DNA from: an uncultured Bacilli bacterium
GTDB lineage: Bacteria > Bacillota_I > Bacilli_A > RF39 > UBA660
Length of the DNA stretch: 64,000 nt
Reading direction: 5' to 3'
Assembly: GCA_934129885.1 (NCBI GenBank)
Contig: CAKOWU010000006.1
Span: 12,695-76,694, forward strand
Shown one piece after another: positions 29,343 through 40,504 of the stretch. The first letter of the stretch is position 1. Every line of letters begins with the position of its first letter. The position numbers and the translations under genes are program-made. The notes beneath the pieces were generated by a model, which ran no database searches, had not been told where the DNA came from, and worked only from the letters and a program-made list of their open reading frames with translations.

Positions 29343-30761
29343 ATGAAATATGAATTTGTGAAAAAATTAATTTTATTTTTGTTATTTATTTTGTTTTTAG
29401 TTTGCATAATTATTCTTGTATTTACGCCTAATATTAGTTTAAATGATGATAAATATTTGAAGGTTTCTTATAATGATGATTATAAAGAGCCTGGATATAA
29501 AGCATCATTTATGGGGAAGGATTACCATAATAGGGTTATTGTATCTGGCCATGTTAATACGAAAAAACTTGGTGAATATGTGCTTACTTATAAGGTGAGT
29601 AATTCTATATTTACGAGTAAGGTTAAAAGAACAATAGAGGTTATTGATACAGAAAAGCCTTCTATTAGGCTTACTGGTGGTGATGTGATTACTATTTGCC
29701 CTAATGAGAAATACAAGGAAAAAGGGTATGTCGCACTTGATAATTATGACCATGATTTAACTGATAAGGTAAAGATAGAGACCTTTAAGGATAAGATTAT
29801 TTATAGCGTATCTGATTCATCTTTAAATAAAACAAAGGTTGTAAGAGATTTAATATATGAAGATAAAAAGAAACCAGAAATTGTATTTGACCACAGTTCA
29901 CCAGAATATGTGATGGAAGGCAGCACTTATAACAGTAATGTTTTTTACGCTAACGACAACTGTGATGGGGACGTTTCAAAAAAAGTGATTGTTAACGGGA
30001 ATGTTGACACTTCAAAACCTGGTAAGTATACGTTAAAATACAAGGTATCTGATAATGCGGGTAATGAAGATGTTGTTACTAGAACGGTAATTGTACAGAA
30101 TAAAGATTTATACACGCCTTATGGATGTGGTATTAAGGCTGGAATATTTTTAACTTTTGATGATGGACCTTCTAATGGTACTACTGAAGAAATCTTGAAT
30201 ATTTTGAAGGATGAAGGGGTGAAAGCGACATTTTTTGTTACTAATGGTGGCCCTGATAATTTAATAAAACGTGAGTATGATGAGGGACATGCGATAGGTA
30301 TTCATACAGCGTCTCATAGATATAATGAGGTTTATGCTTCGGTAGATAGTTATTTTAATGATTTGGACATTGTATTTAAGAGAATAGAGAGAATTACTGG
30401 CAAACAGACGAAAATTATTAGATTTCCTGGTGGTAGTAGTAATACGGTGAGTGCTAAATACAGTCCTGGTATTATGAGTGAACTTACTAATGAGGTCATA
30501 AATAAAGGTTATAAGTATTATGATTGGAATGTGGATTCTGAAGATGCAGGAAGATGTGCTGGTGGTACGGCGTCTTGTGTTTATGAAAATGTTGTTAGCC
30601 ATTTATCTACTTCAAGATGCAATATGGTTTTAATGCATGATATTAAGTTTACTACGGCAGGGGCTTTAAGAGATATTATTTCTTATGGAAAAGCAAATGG
30701 TTATAGTTTTTATAAGATAGACGCTAATACGCCAATGGTAAAACAGAAGGTTAATAACTAA
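29343..30761 (+). CDS. Membrane-anchored polysaccharide deacetylase (NodB domain) with DUF5011/Ig-like domains
   Basis: 'FLTFDDGPS', 'GIHTASH', 'LMHD'. Two 'KPGKYTLKYKVSDNAGN'-type Ig-like modules. N-terminal TM. Confidence 0.9.
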   Translation: MKYEFVKKLILFLLFILFLVCIIILVFTPNISLNDDKYLKVSYNDDYKEPGYKASFMGKDYHNRVIVSGHVNTKKLGEYVLTYKVSNSIFTSKVKRTIEVIDTEKPSIRLTGGDVITICPNEKYKEKGYVALDNYDHDLTDKVKIETFKDKIIYSVSDSSLNKTKVVRDLIYEDKKKPEIVFDHSSPEYVMEGSTYNSNVFYANDNCDGDVSKKVIVNGNVDTSKPGKYTLKYKVSDNAGNEDVVTRTVIVQNKDLYTPYGCGIKAGIFLTFDDGPSNGTTEEILNILKDEGVKATFFVTNGGPDNLIKREYDEGHAIGIHTASHRYNEVYASVDSYFNDLDIVFKRIERITGKQTKIIRFPGGSSNTVSAKYSPGIMSELTNEVINKGYKYYDWNVDSEDAGRCAGGTASCVYENVVSHLSTSRCNMVLMHDIKFTTAGALRDIISYGKANGYSFYKIDANTPMVKQKVNN

Positions 30762-30837
30762 CTGTTTTTTCTTTTTATGTATTTTTACTTGATATTGTGG
30801 GTAAATCAATATATAATATTGGCCAGAGGCGGATTGT

Positions 30838-32586
30838 ATGAAGAAAGATGAAATGAAGCGTATCATTGATGGCTTAAGCGATTTAATTATGAATCGTTAT
30901 GAGTTGTTTTTACATCTTATAGATTTAGAGATTAATGATATTTTTTGGAATGAAGAGTATTATTCTATTGTACAGAAGTTAGGTGTTTTAACGACTAAGG
31001 AAGATAGACTTATTAGTAAATTATCTGATATAACAAGTAATCTTGCGGATGATGATTTATCTTATGAAAGTGAACTTTGTTTTGATTTAGAAATAACTGA
31101 TGATGTTCTTCTTAAACGCTTAGATAGTATTTTGATGGAGACGAAGATTAATACAGATGATGAGTTAAATTATGCTTTAGATGATTATGATGACGATGAA
31201 GAGTATGAATATGATTATTATGATTTGTATGCGGTTATGGCGGAGAAGAAACTTGATTTAGAGTTTTTAGTTGCATTACAAGGAATGATTAATGAAGCAT
31301 CTGGCGATAAAAGGGGTGAGTTAATAGAATTTAAGTATAGGTTTATTTTTGAGAGGAAAAAGGTTAATGATGAGGTAGAAGTTGCTTTATATAATCCCGC
31401 TAATGTATTAGATATTCCTTTATCTTTGGAGATTGACAATTTTGATGAGGATGAATATAAAGAAGTGGAGAGTTCTATTACCTTTGATATGGTACTTGAA
31501 TTATTTAACGATTTACTTGTGGAAAAGCCTGAAGATTTGGCTGGTAAACGTGATTATCTTATATTTTTACTAAAAAAATTAGATGTTATTCATCTGCAAG
31601 ATATGGAACAGATGACTGATTTTTGTGATGAAAGCAATGATAATGAGAACGGGTTATGTGTTTCTGATATAAGTAAGATTATTAGAAAGATAATTAATGA
31701 CAAGGTTTTTGAGGGTAATATTGAATATAATGAGATATGTGAAGTGCTTGATGATGCAACGATTAACAATATTATTGCAGTTTCTAAAGTTGGAAAATTA
31801 ATTTTAGATATTATTGAAGGGCTTACAGATGCAGAAGATAAAGATGAACAATTTAAAAGACTTAGAAGTCTTATGGTGCTTGAAAGAGAAATGCTAGAAA
31901 ATATAAATGCTGATGAATATAATTTGGGCAGGATTATGGATGTTATTGAGAACTATGTTCCTATTTTTATTGGCGAGTTTGATAAAAAAGTAAGTAGAAC
32001 TTCTTCTCTTGTAATTAACCGAATGAAAGGTGCAATTAGGAAGATACATGGTTTAGATGATGGACCAACTACACTGGAATTGGAAATGCACTCTATTTTA
32101 AAAAATAATATGTTAGACACACTTGCTCTTTATTTTAGTTTAATTAATAATATCAATGATGAAGAAGAAAGAAAGATTTATGAGAATGTATATTATCATA
32201 CTTGGTTTATGGATTATTCTTTAATGGATGACTTTTTGGTTACGCAAGGGAATGTTTCAAATTTTATTTTGATGGATGATAAATTTTGGGCAGATTTTAC
32301 GGGTGTGAGTGATATTGAATATGGTTATGATAAAGATATGAAGTTATTTGAGGTTGGAATTGATATTATTGAGGAAATTGATGAAATGGATTTTGATGAT
32401 GCATATAATGCTCGTTATTTAGAATTTTTAGAGCTTAAACTTAAGAAAATATATGAAAATATTAGTATCGAACATGTTATGGAGTTGAAGGACGCGTTTA
32501 ATGGTATTAATTCTTATAAGAGAGGTAAGTGCAAATTACTGTGCAAATCTGGTAACAAGGTAAAGAAGAATAAAACAGGTAAGTAG
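30838..32586 (+). CDS. Hypothetical highly acidic protein (582 aa)
   Basis: Long ORF, D/E-rich. No motif recognised. Confidence 0.65.
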   Translation: MKKDEMKRIIDGLSDLIMNRYELFLHLIDLEINDIFWNEEYYSIVQKLGVLTTKEDRLISKLSDITSNLADDDLSYESELCFDLEITDDVLLKRLDSILMETKINTDDELNYALDDYDDDEEYEYDYYDLYAVMAEKKLDLEFLVALQGMINEASGDKRGELIEFKYRFIFERKKVNDEVEVALYNPANVLDIPLSLEIDNFDEDEYKEVESSITFDMVLELFNDLLVEKPEDLAGKRDYLIFLLKKLDVIHLQDMEQMTDFCDESNDNENGLCVSDISKIIRKIINDKVFEGNIEYNEICEVLDDATINNIIAVSKVGKLILDIIEGLTDAEDKDEQFKRLRSLMVLEREMLENINADEYNLGRIMDVIENYVPIFIGEFDKKVSRTSSLVINRMKGAIRKIHGLDDGPTTLELEMHSILKNNMLDTLALYFSLINNINDEEERKIYENVYYHTWFMDYSLMDDFLVTQGNVSNFILMDDKFWADFTGVSDIEYGYDKDMKLFEVGIDIIEEIDEMDFDDAYNARYLEFLELKLKKIYENISIEHVMELKDAFNGINSYKRGKCKLLCKSGNKVKKNKTGK

Positions 32587-32836
32587 ATGTATATTAGAAA
32601 AGATTAAAATGGTAAATACTTCGTTTTTGCATTTTATTCTTTTTTTGTATAATTTGGCGTTTGTGTAGTTATAGGCTCTTGACTGGCATACAAATGTATG
32701 GTAAGATATGTTTGTAGATTTAAAATGATATGTTGTGCTTTTCAATTTGAAAAATCACAAAAAATAAAAAATTGAAATTTGAAAAAGAAATTTAAAAACT
32801 TTTGTTGTATATTACTAGTGAGGGAGGTAATGTGCA

Positions 32837-33565
32837 ATGTTTATAAATTCTGTGGTAATGTTTTTACTTGCAAAGTTTCATATTATTTTAAATTTGAATG
32901 GTACTGTTATTAATTTAAAGGATAATGGTTTGTATTATGAAAATTCAAGATATGTTTATAAAGGAAGTTCACCTAATAATTACATTTTGTTTAACGAGGA
33001 ACTTTGGAGGATTGTGTACATTGATAGTGATTCGATAAAAATAATGAAGAATGACAGTATTGGTGAGTTGGTATTCGATGAAAGCAATAATATATGGCAT
33101 TCTTCTTCGCTACGACAGTATTTAAATAATGATTATTACAATTCATTAGATACTCATGATTATATTGTTTCACATAAGTTTGATACTATGGTTTACAGCG
33201 GTCAATCTTTGGAAGATATGCAAGATGATACAAAAGGTAATTCTATGGTTTCAAATATTGGACTTATTAGTTTAAAGGATTTTTTACTGGCGAATGAGAA
33301 CTCTAAATGTAATAGTGCCGAAAGTTATATTCAAAATAGTTTTTGCAAGGAAACCAATTATATAAACAAAATAATTGGCGGCGATACTGCTTGGTCTATT
33401 ACTAGTGATGATGCTTCTGATAATTTGGTGGTATCGCTTGGTAATTATTATTTTGGCGATAGTTTATCTATGTATGAACTTTCTGTATATCCGTCTTTAT
33501 ATTTAAGCAAGAATATTAAATTTGGCGGAAATGGGACTATGAGTAGTCCTTACTATATAAAATAG
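32837..33565 (+). CDS. Member of a local paralog family ('LWRIV' ... 'GNGTxxxPY' domain), single-domain copy
   Basis: Alignable by eye with both halves of 42049-43431 and with the pseudogene at 51165-51960. Confidence 0.65.
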   Translation: MFINSVVMFLLAKFHIILNLNGTVINLKDNGLYYENSRYVYKGSSPNNYILFNEELWRIVYIDSDSIKIMKNDSIGELVFDESNNIWHSSSLRQYLNNDYYNSLDTHDYIVSHKFDTMVYSGQSLEDMQDDTKGNSMVSNIGLISLKDFLLANENSKCNSAESYIQNSFCKETNYINKIIGGDTAWSITSDDASDNLVVSLGNYYFGDSLSMYELSVYPSLYLSKNIKFGGNGTMSSPYYIK

Positions 33566-33592
33566 TTTTTTATGGTTGAATGGAGGAATAGT

Positions 33593-34894
33593 ATGCATGA
33601 ACTTAAATGCCCTAATTGTGGCAAGGTTTTTAGAATTGATGAGGCTAGTTATGATAAAGTAGTTAAACAGGTTAGAGATGTAGAGTTTGAAAAGGAATTA
33701 CAACGAACAATAATGCAAAGTGATAAAGAGAAAGAGGCTGCGATTAAGATTACTGAAGCAAGGCTTGAGAAAAAAATGGATGCAAGTTTGCACGAAAAGT
33801 CTTTAGAGATTACGGAGTTAAAAAATAAGATTAAGACGATGGAAAGTACAATGAAGTCTGATTTTGAGGTAAGGCTTGCTAAAAGGATTGGTGATAAAGA
33901 TAAAGAGATAAGCGAACTTAAAAATCAGCTTAAACTTAATTTGAAAGAGAATGAACTTTCTGTTAAAGAAGCCGTTTCTTCTAAAGATATGGTTATAGAG
34001 AGATTACAAAATGAAATAAAAAATAGTAATAGTGAGTTTTTACTTAAGGAGAAGTCTATAAAGGAAGGTTATGATGAGAAAATAAGACTTAAGGATGAGC
34101 AAATTGCTTATTATAGGGATTTTAAGGCAAGACAATCTACTAAAATGGTGGGCGAATCTTTGGAACAGCATTGTTTTACGGAATTTAATAGGTATAGGCC
34201 ATTATTTAAAAATGCTTATTTTGAAAAAGATAATGATGCGAGAACTGGGTCAAAGGGCGATTTTATTTTTAGAGATTTTGATGACGAGGGGACCGAGGTT
34301 GTTTCTATTATGTTTGAGATGAAAAATGAGGCTGATAAAACGTCAACCAAACATAAGAATGAAGACTTTTTAAAGGAACTTGATAAAGATAGAAAAGAGA
34401 AAAACTGTGAATATGCGGTACTTGTTTCTTTACTAGAGATGGATAGTGAGTTATATAATGGTGGTATTGTTGATATGTCCCATAAGTATGACAAGATGTA
34501 TGTTATTAGACCGCAGTTCTTTATGTCTTTGATTACTTTAATTAGAAGTGCTTCTTTGAAATCTTTAGATTATAAAAAGGAACTAAAACTTGTACGTAAT
34601 CAAAATATAGATATTTCTAAATTTGAAGATAATATGAATCAGTTTAAAGAAGGTTTTGCACGTAATTATCGCTTGGCTTCTACTAAATTTAAGAAAGCAA
34701 TAGAGGAGATTGATAAGACTATTGATCACCTGCAGAAGACAAAAGATGCATTGCTTTCTAGTGAAAATAATTTAAGACTTGCAAATAATAAGGCTGAGGA
34801 TTTAACTATTAAAAGGCTTACTAAAGATAGCGAGACTATGCAAAAGATGTTTGAAGAGCAAAAACAAAAAAGTGCTGAGAACACGGCTAATTAA
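33593..34894 (+). CDS. DUF2130-like protein (N-terminal zinc ribbon, long coiled coil, C-terminal globular domain)
   Basis: 'MHELKCPNCGKVFRIDEASY' followed by a coiled coil. RBS 'tggagga'. Confidence 0.7.
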   Translation: MHELKCPNCGKVFRIDEASYDKVVKQVRDVEFEKELQRTIMQSDKEKEAAIKITEARLEKKMDASLHEKSLEITELKNKIKTMESTMKSDFEVRLAKRIGDKDKEISELKNQLKLNLKENELSVKEAVSSKDMVIERLQNEIKNSNSEFLLKEKSIKEGYDEKIRLKDEQIAYYRDFKARQSTKMVGESLEQHCFTEFNRYRPLFKNAYFEKDNDARTGSKGDFIFRDFDDEGTEVVSIMFEMKNEADKTSTKHKNEDFLKELDKDRKEKNCEYAVLVSLLEMDSELYNGGIVDMSHKYDKMYVIRPQFFMSLITLIRSASLKSLDYKKELKLVRNQNIDISKFEDNMNQFKEGFARNYRLASTKFKKAIEEIDKTIDHLQKTKDALLSSENNLRLANNKAEDLTIKRLTKDSETMQKMFEEQKQKSAENTAN

Positions 34895-35049
34895 AGATGA
34901 TTCTTTCCAAATATTTTGTTTTCATATAATAAATCGGACTAGTTATCTTTTGATTATTTTACTTTATCACCTTTGAAAAAAGTATAATAAAAATATCTTG
35001 AGATATATAGGCTTTGTGTGATATGATGTTGATAATAGGAGGTGAAGTT

Positions 35050-37347
35050 ATGATTGATTTACTAAAAGACAATTCTTTAATTATTACAGGAACAAAAGTT
35101 AAAGAAAAATTACTTGGCGGACTTGCTAAAGAACATAAATTACTTAATTTAAAATTTATGACTTTGAATGAATTTACTTCTGAATATTTTGGTACTTATG
35201 ATGAGCGGGCTTTATATTTTTTGATTAAGAAATATGGCCTTAATTATGATGTTGCTAAAAAGTATTTAAATAATATATATTATGATGTTCCTTTTTTGAA
35301 ACAATATTATGACGTTCTTATTGAAAATAATTTACTTATTTTTGATGATAGTTTTAAAAAGAGTTTAAATAATATTATGGTAATTGGATATGACAATATT
35401 GATACATATATAAAAAAGGAACTTGAAAAATATAATACCGAATATATTTCTTTGTATGAAGGAGAGCATACTCCTTTGGTATATGGTTTTTCTATGGCGG
35501 AAAACGAAATTTCTTTTGTGGCGTCTGATATTGCTAGTAAATTAAGAAATGCTGATATAAATGATTTTTATTTGATACTTGGTAATGATAGTTATAATTT
35601 TGAGGTAAAAAGGATTTTTAATTTATATAATTTACCAGTGAATTTTAATATTTCTAAAGGAATATATGGTACTGAAACTTGCAAAAAGTTTATTTATATG
35701 TTGGAAGAGACTAGAAATGTTACTAAAGCGATAGAGGCGATACCACGTAATGATGTATATAATGCGGTTATTGATGTTTTAAATAAATATGTTTTTGTAT
35801 CTGAAGTTGATGATGTTTATATTGATATAATAAAGGAAGAACTTAAGCACAAGAATATAGAAGGTATAAAATTAAATAATGCAATCTCAGTTATTAATTT
35901 TGATGATATCGGCGGAGACGGCTATTATTATGTACTTGGATTTAATCAAGGGGTATATCCTAGGTTATATCATGATGATGATTTGATTAAAGATTTAGAT
36001 AAGAAAAGACTTGGCATAAATACTTCTTTAGAAAATCTTAGGTATGAAAAGATTAAAATAACAAATGTTATAAATTCTACTCCTAATTTAGTAATTACTT
36101 TTAAAGAAAAAGATAACTATTTAACTTTTTATCCATCACCACTTATCAAGGAAATGGGGCTTAATGTGATTTTTAACCCTGCTATTTCTTTTGATTATTC
36201 AAATAGATATAATGAATATTCACTAGCGTTGGCACTTGATAATTTGATTAAATTTAATGAGAAGTCTCCTTCTCTGGATTTGCTTTTGAATAGTTATCCT
36301 GATATTAAATATCAGATATATGACAATAAGTTTTCGGGTGTTAGTTTTGATAATGTAAATAAATTGCTTAAGGGAAAGATGAATTTATCTTATTCTACTA
36401 TTAATAATTATTTTTCGTGTGCTTTTAGATTTTATATTCAAAATGTACTTAAATTAGATCCTTATGAAGAAAAGTTTGCGACTACGGTAGGTAATTTATT
36501 TCATTATGTATTAAGTCATATGTATGATGATAATTTTGATTTGGAGAAAAGTTATAAGTTTTATTTAAAAGATAAGATTTTGACGGAAAAAGAGAAGTAT
36601 TTTACCGATAAGTTATATAGTAATTTAGAGTTTGTTATTGATACTATAAGAAAACAGGAAGAATATTCTAAATTTTCTAAGGTTATGACTGAGCAGAGAT
36701 TTGAACTTGATATGTCATCTAAATTAGCAATTAAATTTGTTGGAGTAGTTGATAAAATAAAATATATGGAAGAAGAAGAAAAGGTGCTGATGGCGATCAT
36801 TGATTATAAGACTGGCCCTGTGCCTGCTACTTTAGATAATATTAATTATGGACTACATTTACAACTACCTGTATATATTTATTTAGTTAAGAATGGTATT
36901 CATAAAGACATTTCTATTGCGGGCTTCTATCTTCAAAAAATATTACAGAACAAAGATATGGATACTGATGATAATGATTTGGCTAAAAAACTTAAATTGG
37001 ATGGTTATACAATTAATAATGAAGATATTATTAAGAAGTTTGATTATAATTATTCATCTAGTGAAGTGATAAAAAGTATGGGCACTACACGAAATGGCTT
37101 TTCAAAATATGCTAAAGTAATAAGTGAAGATGAGATTGATATTGTTACTGATATTGTTCAAGATAAAATAGGTGAAGTTATTAAAAATATGGAAACTGGT
37201 AATTTTGAGATAAATCCTAAAAGACTTGGGGATAAAATTGTTGGTTGTGATTTTTGTAAGTTCAGAGATTTATGTTATAGAAAAGAAGAGGATATTGTTA
37301 ATTTAATCGATACTAAATTTAAGGATATTGTAAGTAGGAAGGAGTGA
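35050..37347 (+). CDS. addB: Helicase-exonuclease AddAB subunit AddB
   Basis: Lies directly upstream of addA. C-terminal PD-(D/E)XK 'IIDYKTG' and Cys cluster 'CDFCKFRDLC'. RBS 'aggaggtg'. Confidence 0.85.
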   Translation: MIDLLKDNSLIITGTKVKEKLLGGLAKEHKLLNLKFMTLNEFTSEYFGTYDERALYFLIKKYGLNYDVAKKYLNNIYYDVPFLKQYYDVLIENNLLIFDDSFKKSLNNIMVIGYDNIDTYIKKELEKYNTEYISLYEGEHTPLVYGFSMAENEISFVASDIASKLRNADINDFYLILGNDSYNFEVKRIFNLYNLPVNFNISKGIYGTETCKKFIYMLEETRNVTKAIEAIPRNDVYNAVIDVLNKYVFVSEVDDVYIDIIKEELKHKNIEGIKLNNAISVINFDDIGGDGYYYVLGFNQGVYPRLYHDDDLIKDLDKKRLGINTSLENLRYEKIKITNVINSTPNLVITFKEKDNYLTFYPSPLIKEMGLNVIFNPAISFDYSNRYNEYSLALALDNLIKFNEKSPSLDLLLNSYPDIKYQIYDNKFSGVSFDNVNKLLKGKMNLSYSTINNYFSCAFRFYIQNVLKLDPYEEKFATTVGNLFHYVLSHMYDDNFDLEKSYKFYLKDKILTEKEKYFTDKLYSNLEFVIDTIRKQEEYSKFSKVMTEQRFELDMSSKLAIKFVGVVDKIKYMEEEEKVLMAIIDYKTGPVPATLDNINYGLHLQLPVYIYLVKNGIHKDISIAGFYLQKILQNKDMDTDDNDLAKKLKLDGYTINNEDIIKKFDYNYSSSEVIKSMGTTRNGFSKYAKVISEDEIDIVTDIVQDKIGEVIKNMETGNFEINPKRLGDKIVGCDFCKFRDLCYRKEEDIVNLIDTKFKDIVSRKE

Positions 37348-37351
37348 GATA

Positions 37352-40300
37352 ATGCCTAAATGGACAGAAGAACAAAGCCTAGCAATTCATGAAAAGGGTA
37401 AAAATATTATTGTTTCGGCAGGGGCAGGTTCAGGGAAGACAGCGGTTTTATCTGAAAGGGTTCTTACGCATGTTATGAACGGTATGCATATTGATGAGAT
37501 GCTTATTTTAACGTTTACTAATGCGGCAGCGGCGGAAATGAAGGAACGTATTAGAAAAAAGATAAGTGAAGTTTCAGAGCTAAAGGATGAACTTGATAAG
37601 GTTGATATTGCTTATATAACTACGTTTGATGCTTTTGCGTTATCTTTGGTAAAAAAATATAATCATTTACTTAATATTTCTGATAAAATTACTATTACTC
37701 CTTCTAGTATAATTGATTTAAAAAGGAAAGAGATACTTAACGACATTTTTGATACGAAGTATAAAAATAAAGATGAAAAATTTTTGAAACTTATTAATGA
37801 TTTTTGTTTGAAGGATGATAAAGAAGTATTTACATCTATTTTAAAAATTAATGCTCAATTAGATAATAAATTTGACAAGACAGAATATTTGAATACTTAT
37901 GTTGATAAGTATTATGATAGTGATTACGTTAATAATATAATAAATGAATATGTTGCTTTAATACGTAGTAAAGTTAATGGAATTCAGTCACTTATTAAAA
38001 ACTTATCTTGTTATGTTGATTACAATTATATTGAAAAATTAAATGAGGCACTTTTTCCATTATTTAATGCTGAAAGTTATGAGGATTATAGAAATAATTG
38101 TAAAGTTAAAATGCTGCCTATACCAAGAGGGAGTGATGAGACTGCTAAAACAATAAAGAAACAAATTCCAACAGAACTTAAGGCTATAGAGGAACTTACG
38201 GCTTATGAAAATATAGAGGAAATTATATCTTCTATTATGTCTACTAAAGATTATGTTATAGCAATTATTGATTTGATAAAATTATTGGATGAGAGAGTAA
38301 GAAAATTTAAACTGGCTAACAGTGCTTATGAGTTTACAGATATATCTATGATGGCTATAAAAATTCTTATGGAAAATGAAGATGTTAGAAATGAAATGAA
38401 AGGTCAGTATAAAGAAATATTAATCGACGAGTATCAAGATACTAATGATCTGCAAGATTTATTTATATCTCAAATAGAAAATAATAATGTTTACATGGTT
38501 GGTGATATAAAGCAGTCTATATATCGTTTTAGGAATGCTAATCCATTACTTTTTAAAAATAAGTATGACAGTTATAGTAAAGGCGTTTCTGGTTATAAGA
38601 TAGATTTAAATAAGAATTTTAGATCACGAAAAGATGTTACTGAAAATATAAATTTGATTTTTAATCAAATTATGAGTAATTCTATTGGTGGGGCTGATTA
38701 TTTGGCTTCTCACCAAATGGTGTTTGGTAATACTTCTTATAATGAAGTTAATACGGAAAATTATCAAATGGAAATTTTAAATTATGAAAAACCAAAAGAT
38801 AAACAATTTTCAGATGTTGAGATGGAAATTTTTATAATTGCGAATGATATAAAAAGTAAGATTAATTCTGGTTATGAGATTATGGATAAAGATACGTTAA
38901 AGAAACGAAAGGTAACTTATGATGATTTTGTTATTTTAATGGATCGTGGCACTAATTTCGGATTATATAAAAAAGTATTTGAATATATGAATATTCCTCT
39001 TACTATTTATAGAGATACTAATGTTTCGGATTCTTCGGATATTCATATTATTAAAAATATTTATAATTTAATTATTAATATTAATAATTTTGATATTAAT
39101 TTTAAGTATTCATTTATGGCTATTGCAAGAAGTTATTTGTTTGCGTATAGTGATGATGAAATTTTATCAATTATTAATTCAAATGGATATAAAGAAACTG
39201 ATATTTATAAAAAGTCTTCTACTATTGCGAATTCTCTTGATGTTTTAAGTAATACTGAAGTTTATGATAAAATTATTGATTATTTTGATTTTTATGACAA
39301 AATTATAAATGTTGGTGATGTTCATAATCATTTGGTTACCTTGGAATCTATTGGTAAAATTGCTAAAGATGCAGAGGCATTTGGATATAGTCCTAGAGAG
39401 TTTTTAGATTATCTTTGTGATGTTTCTGATGAAGGGTTATCTATAAAATTATCTCTTAATAAAGATAGTGGTAATTCTGTAAAGATAATGACGATACATA
39501 CATCTAAAGGTCTTGAGTATCATGTATGTTATTTTAGCGGTTTATCTAAATCATTTAATATTGATGATTTAAAGGGTAAATTTATGTATTCTAATCATTA
39601 TGGTATTATTACTCCGTATTTTGATGAAGGGGCACACACTAGTGTTTTAAAAAAATTAGTTAAACAGAAATATATACATGAAGAAATATCAGAGAAACTT
39701 AGGCTATTTTATGTGGCTTTGACAAGGGCTAGGGAAAAGATGATACTGATAACTTCGCTAAAGGAAAATGTTTTATCTTATAAAGATGAAGGCGTTATTG
39801 ATGAAGAGACAAGACTTAAGTACAGATCTTTTATAGATATGCTTAATTCTGTTTATCCATCACTTACTAATTATATTAAGGAAATTGATATATCAACTTT
39901 AGGTTTAACTAAAGATTATAATTTTAAAAAAGAGGTTTCTTTGAATAGAGACTTTAATACACTTCAAAAAGTTGTTCCGTTAGAATATAAAAATACTTCT
40001 ACTGTTATAGAAAGTGCGAGGTTTTCTAAAAATGAACATGTTTTATATTCTGCGGAGGATAAGAAAAATATAGATTTAGGTTTGAAATTACATTCTTTAT
40101 TTGAAAATATTGATTTATTAAATCCTGATTATACTGGTATTTCAGATTTTTATAAGGATAAAATACAAGGATTTATTGATACGGGCATTTTAGATAATTG
40201 TTTAAAATTATACAAGGAATATGAATTCATTTATATTTATAATGATAAAAAATATCATGGTTTTATTGATTTGCTTATAGAATATGATGATTATTATACA

Positions 40301-40450
40301 ATTGTGGATTATAAACTTAAAAATACTACCTCTGATGCTTATAAAAAACAACTAAATGGGTATAAAGAATATATTGGTTCTTTAACTGGTAAGCCTGTTA
40401 AGACTTATTTATATTCTATTTTAGATAATACTTTAACAGAAATAGATTAG
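37352..40450 (+). CDS. addA: Helicase-exonuclease AddAB subunit AddA
   Basis: 'SAGAGSGKT', 'IDEYQDTN', 'SIYRFRNA', 'TIHTSKGLEY', 'LFYVALTRAREKM'. C-terminal nuclease 'IVDYKLK'. Confidence 0.92.
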   Translation: MPKWTEEQSLAIHEKGKNIIVSAGAGSGKTAVLSERVLTHVMNGMHIDEMLILTFTNAAAAEMKERIRKKISEVSELKDELDKVDIAYITTFDAFALSLVKKYNHLLNISDKITITPSSIIDLKRKEILNDIFDTKYKNKDEKFLKLINDFCLKDDKEVFTSILKINAQLDNKFDKTEYLNTYVDKYYDSDYVNNIINEYVALIRSKVNGIQSLIKNLSCYVDYNYIEKLNEALFPLFNAESYEDYRNNCKVKMLPIPRGSDETAKTIKKQIPTELKAIEELTAYENIEEIISSIMSTKDYVIAIIDLIKLLDERVRKFKLANSAYEFTDISMMAIKILMENEDVRNEMKGQYKEILIDEYQDTNDLQDLFISQIENNNVYMVGDIKQSIYRFRNANPLLFKNKYDSYSKGVSGYKIDLNKNFRSRKDVTENINLIFNQIMSNSIGGADYLASHQMVFGNTSYNEVNTENYQMEILNYEKPKDKQFSDVEMEIFIIANDIKSKINSGYEIMDKDTLKKRKVTYDDFVILMDRGTNFGLYKKVFEYMNIPLTIYRDTNVSDSSDIHIIKNIYNLIININNFDINFKYSFMAIARSYLFAYSDDEILSIINSNGYKETDIYKKSSTIANSLDVLSNTEVYDKIIDYFDFYDKIINVGDVHNHLVTLESIGKIAKDAEAFGYSPREFLDYLCDVSDEGLSIKLSLNKDSGNSVKIMTIHTSKGLEYHVCYFSGLSKSFNIDDLKGKFMYSNHYGIITPYFDEGAHTSVLKKLVKQKYIHEEISEKLRLFYVALTRAREKMILITSLKENVLSYKDEGVIDEETRLKYRSFIDMLNSVYPSLTNYIKEIDISTLGLTKDYNFKKEVSLNRDFNTLQKVVPLEYKNTSTVIESARFSKNEHVLYSAEDKKNIDLGLKLHSLFENIDLLNPDYTGISDFYKDKIQGFIDTGILDNCLKLYKEYEFIYIYNDKKYHGFIDLLIEYDDYYTIVDYKLKNTTSDAYKKQLNGYKEYIGSLTGKPVKTYLYSILDNTLTEID

Positions 40451-40504
40451 GTGCTTTATGCACTTTTTTTCTTTGGGACAATACAATAATATGGGTGTTT
40501 TGAT

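Noticed and set aside
40451-40470. Terminator after addA ('gtgc tttat gcac' plus T-run).
   Set aside because: The stem is only 4-5 bp, which is too weak to call confidently.
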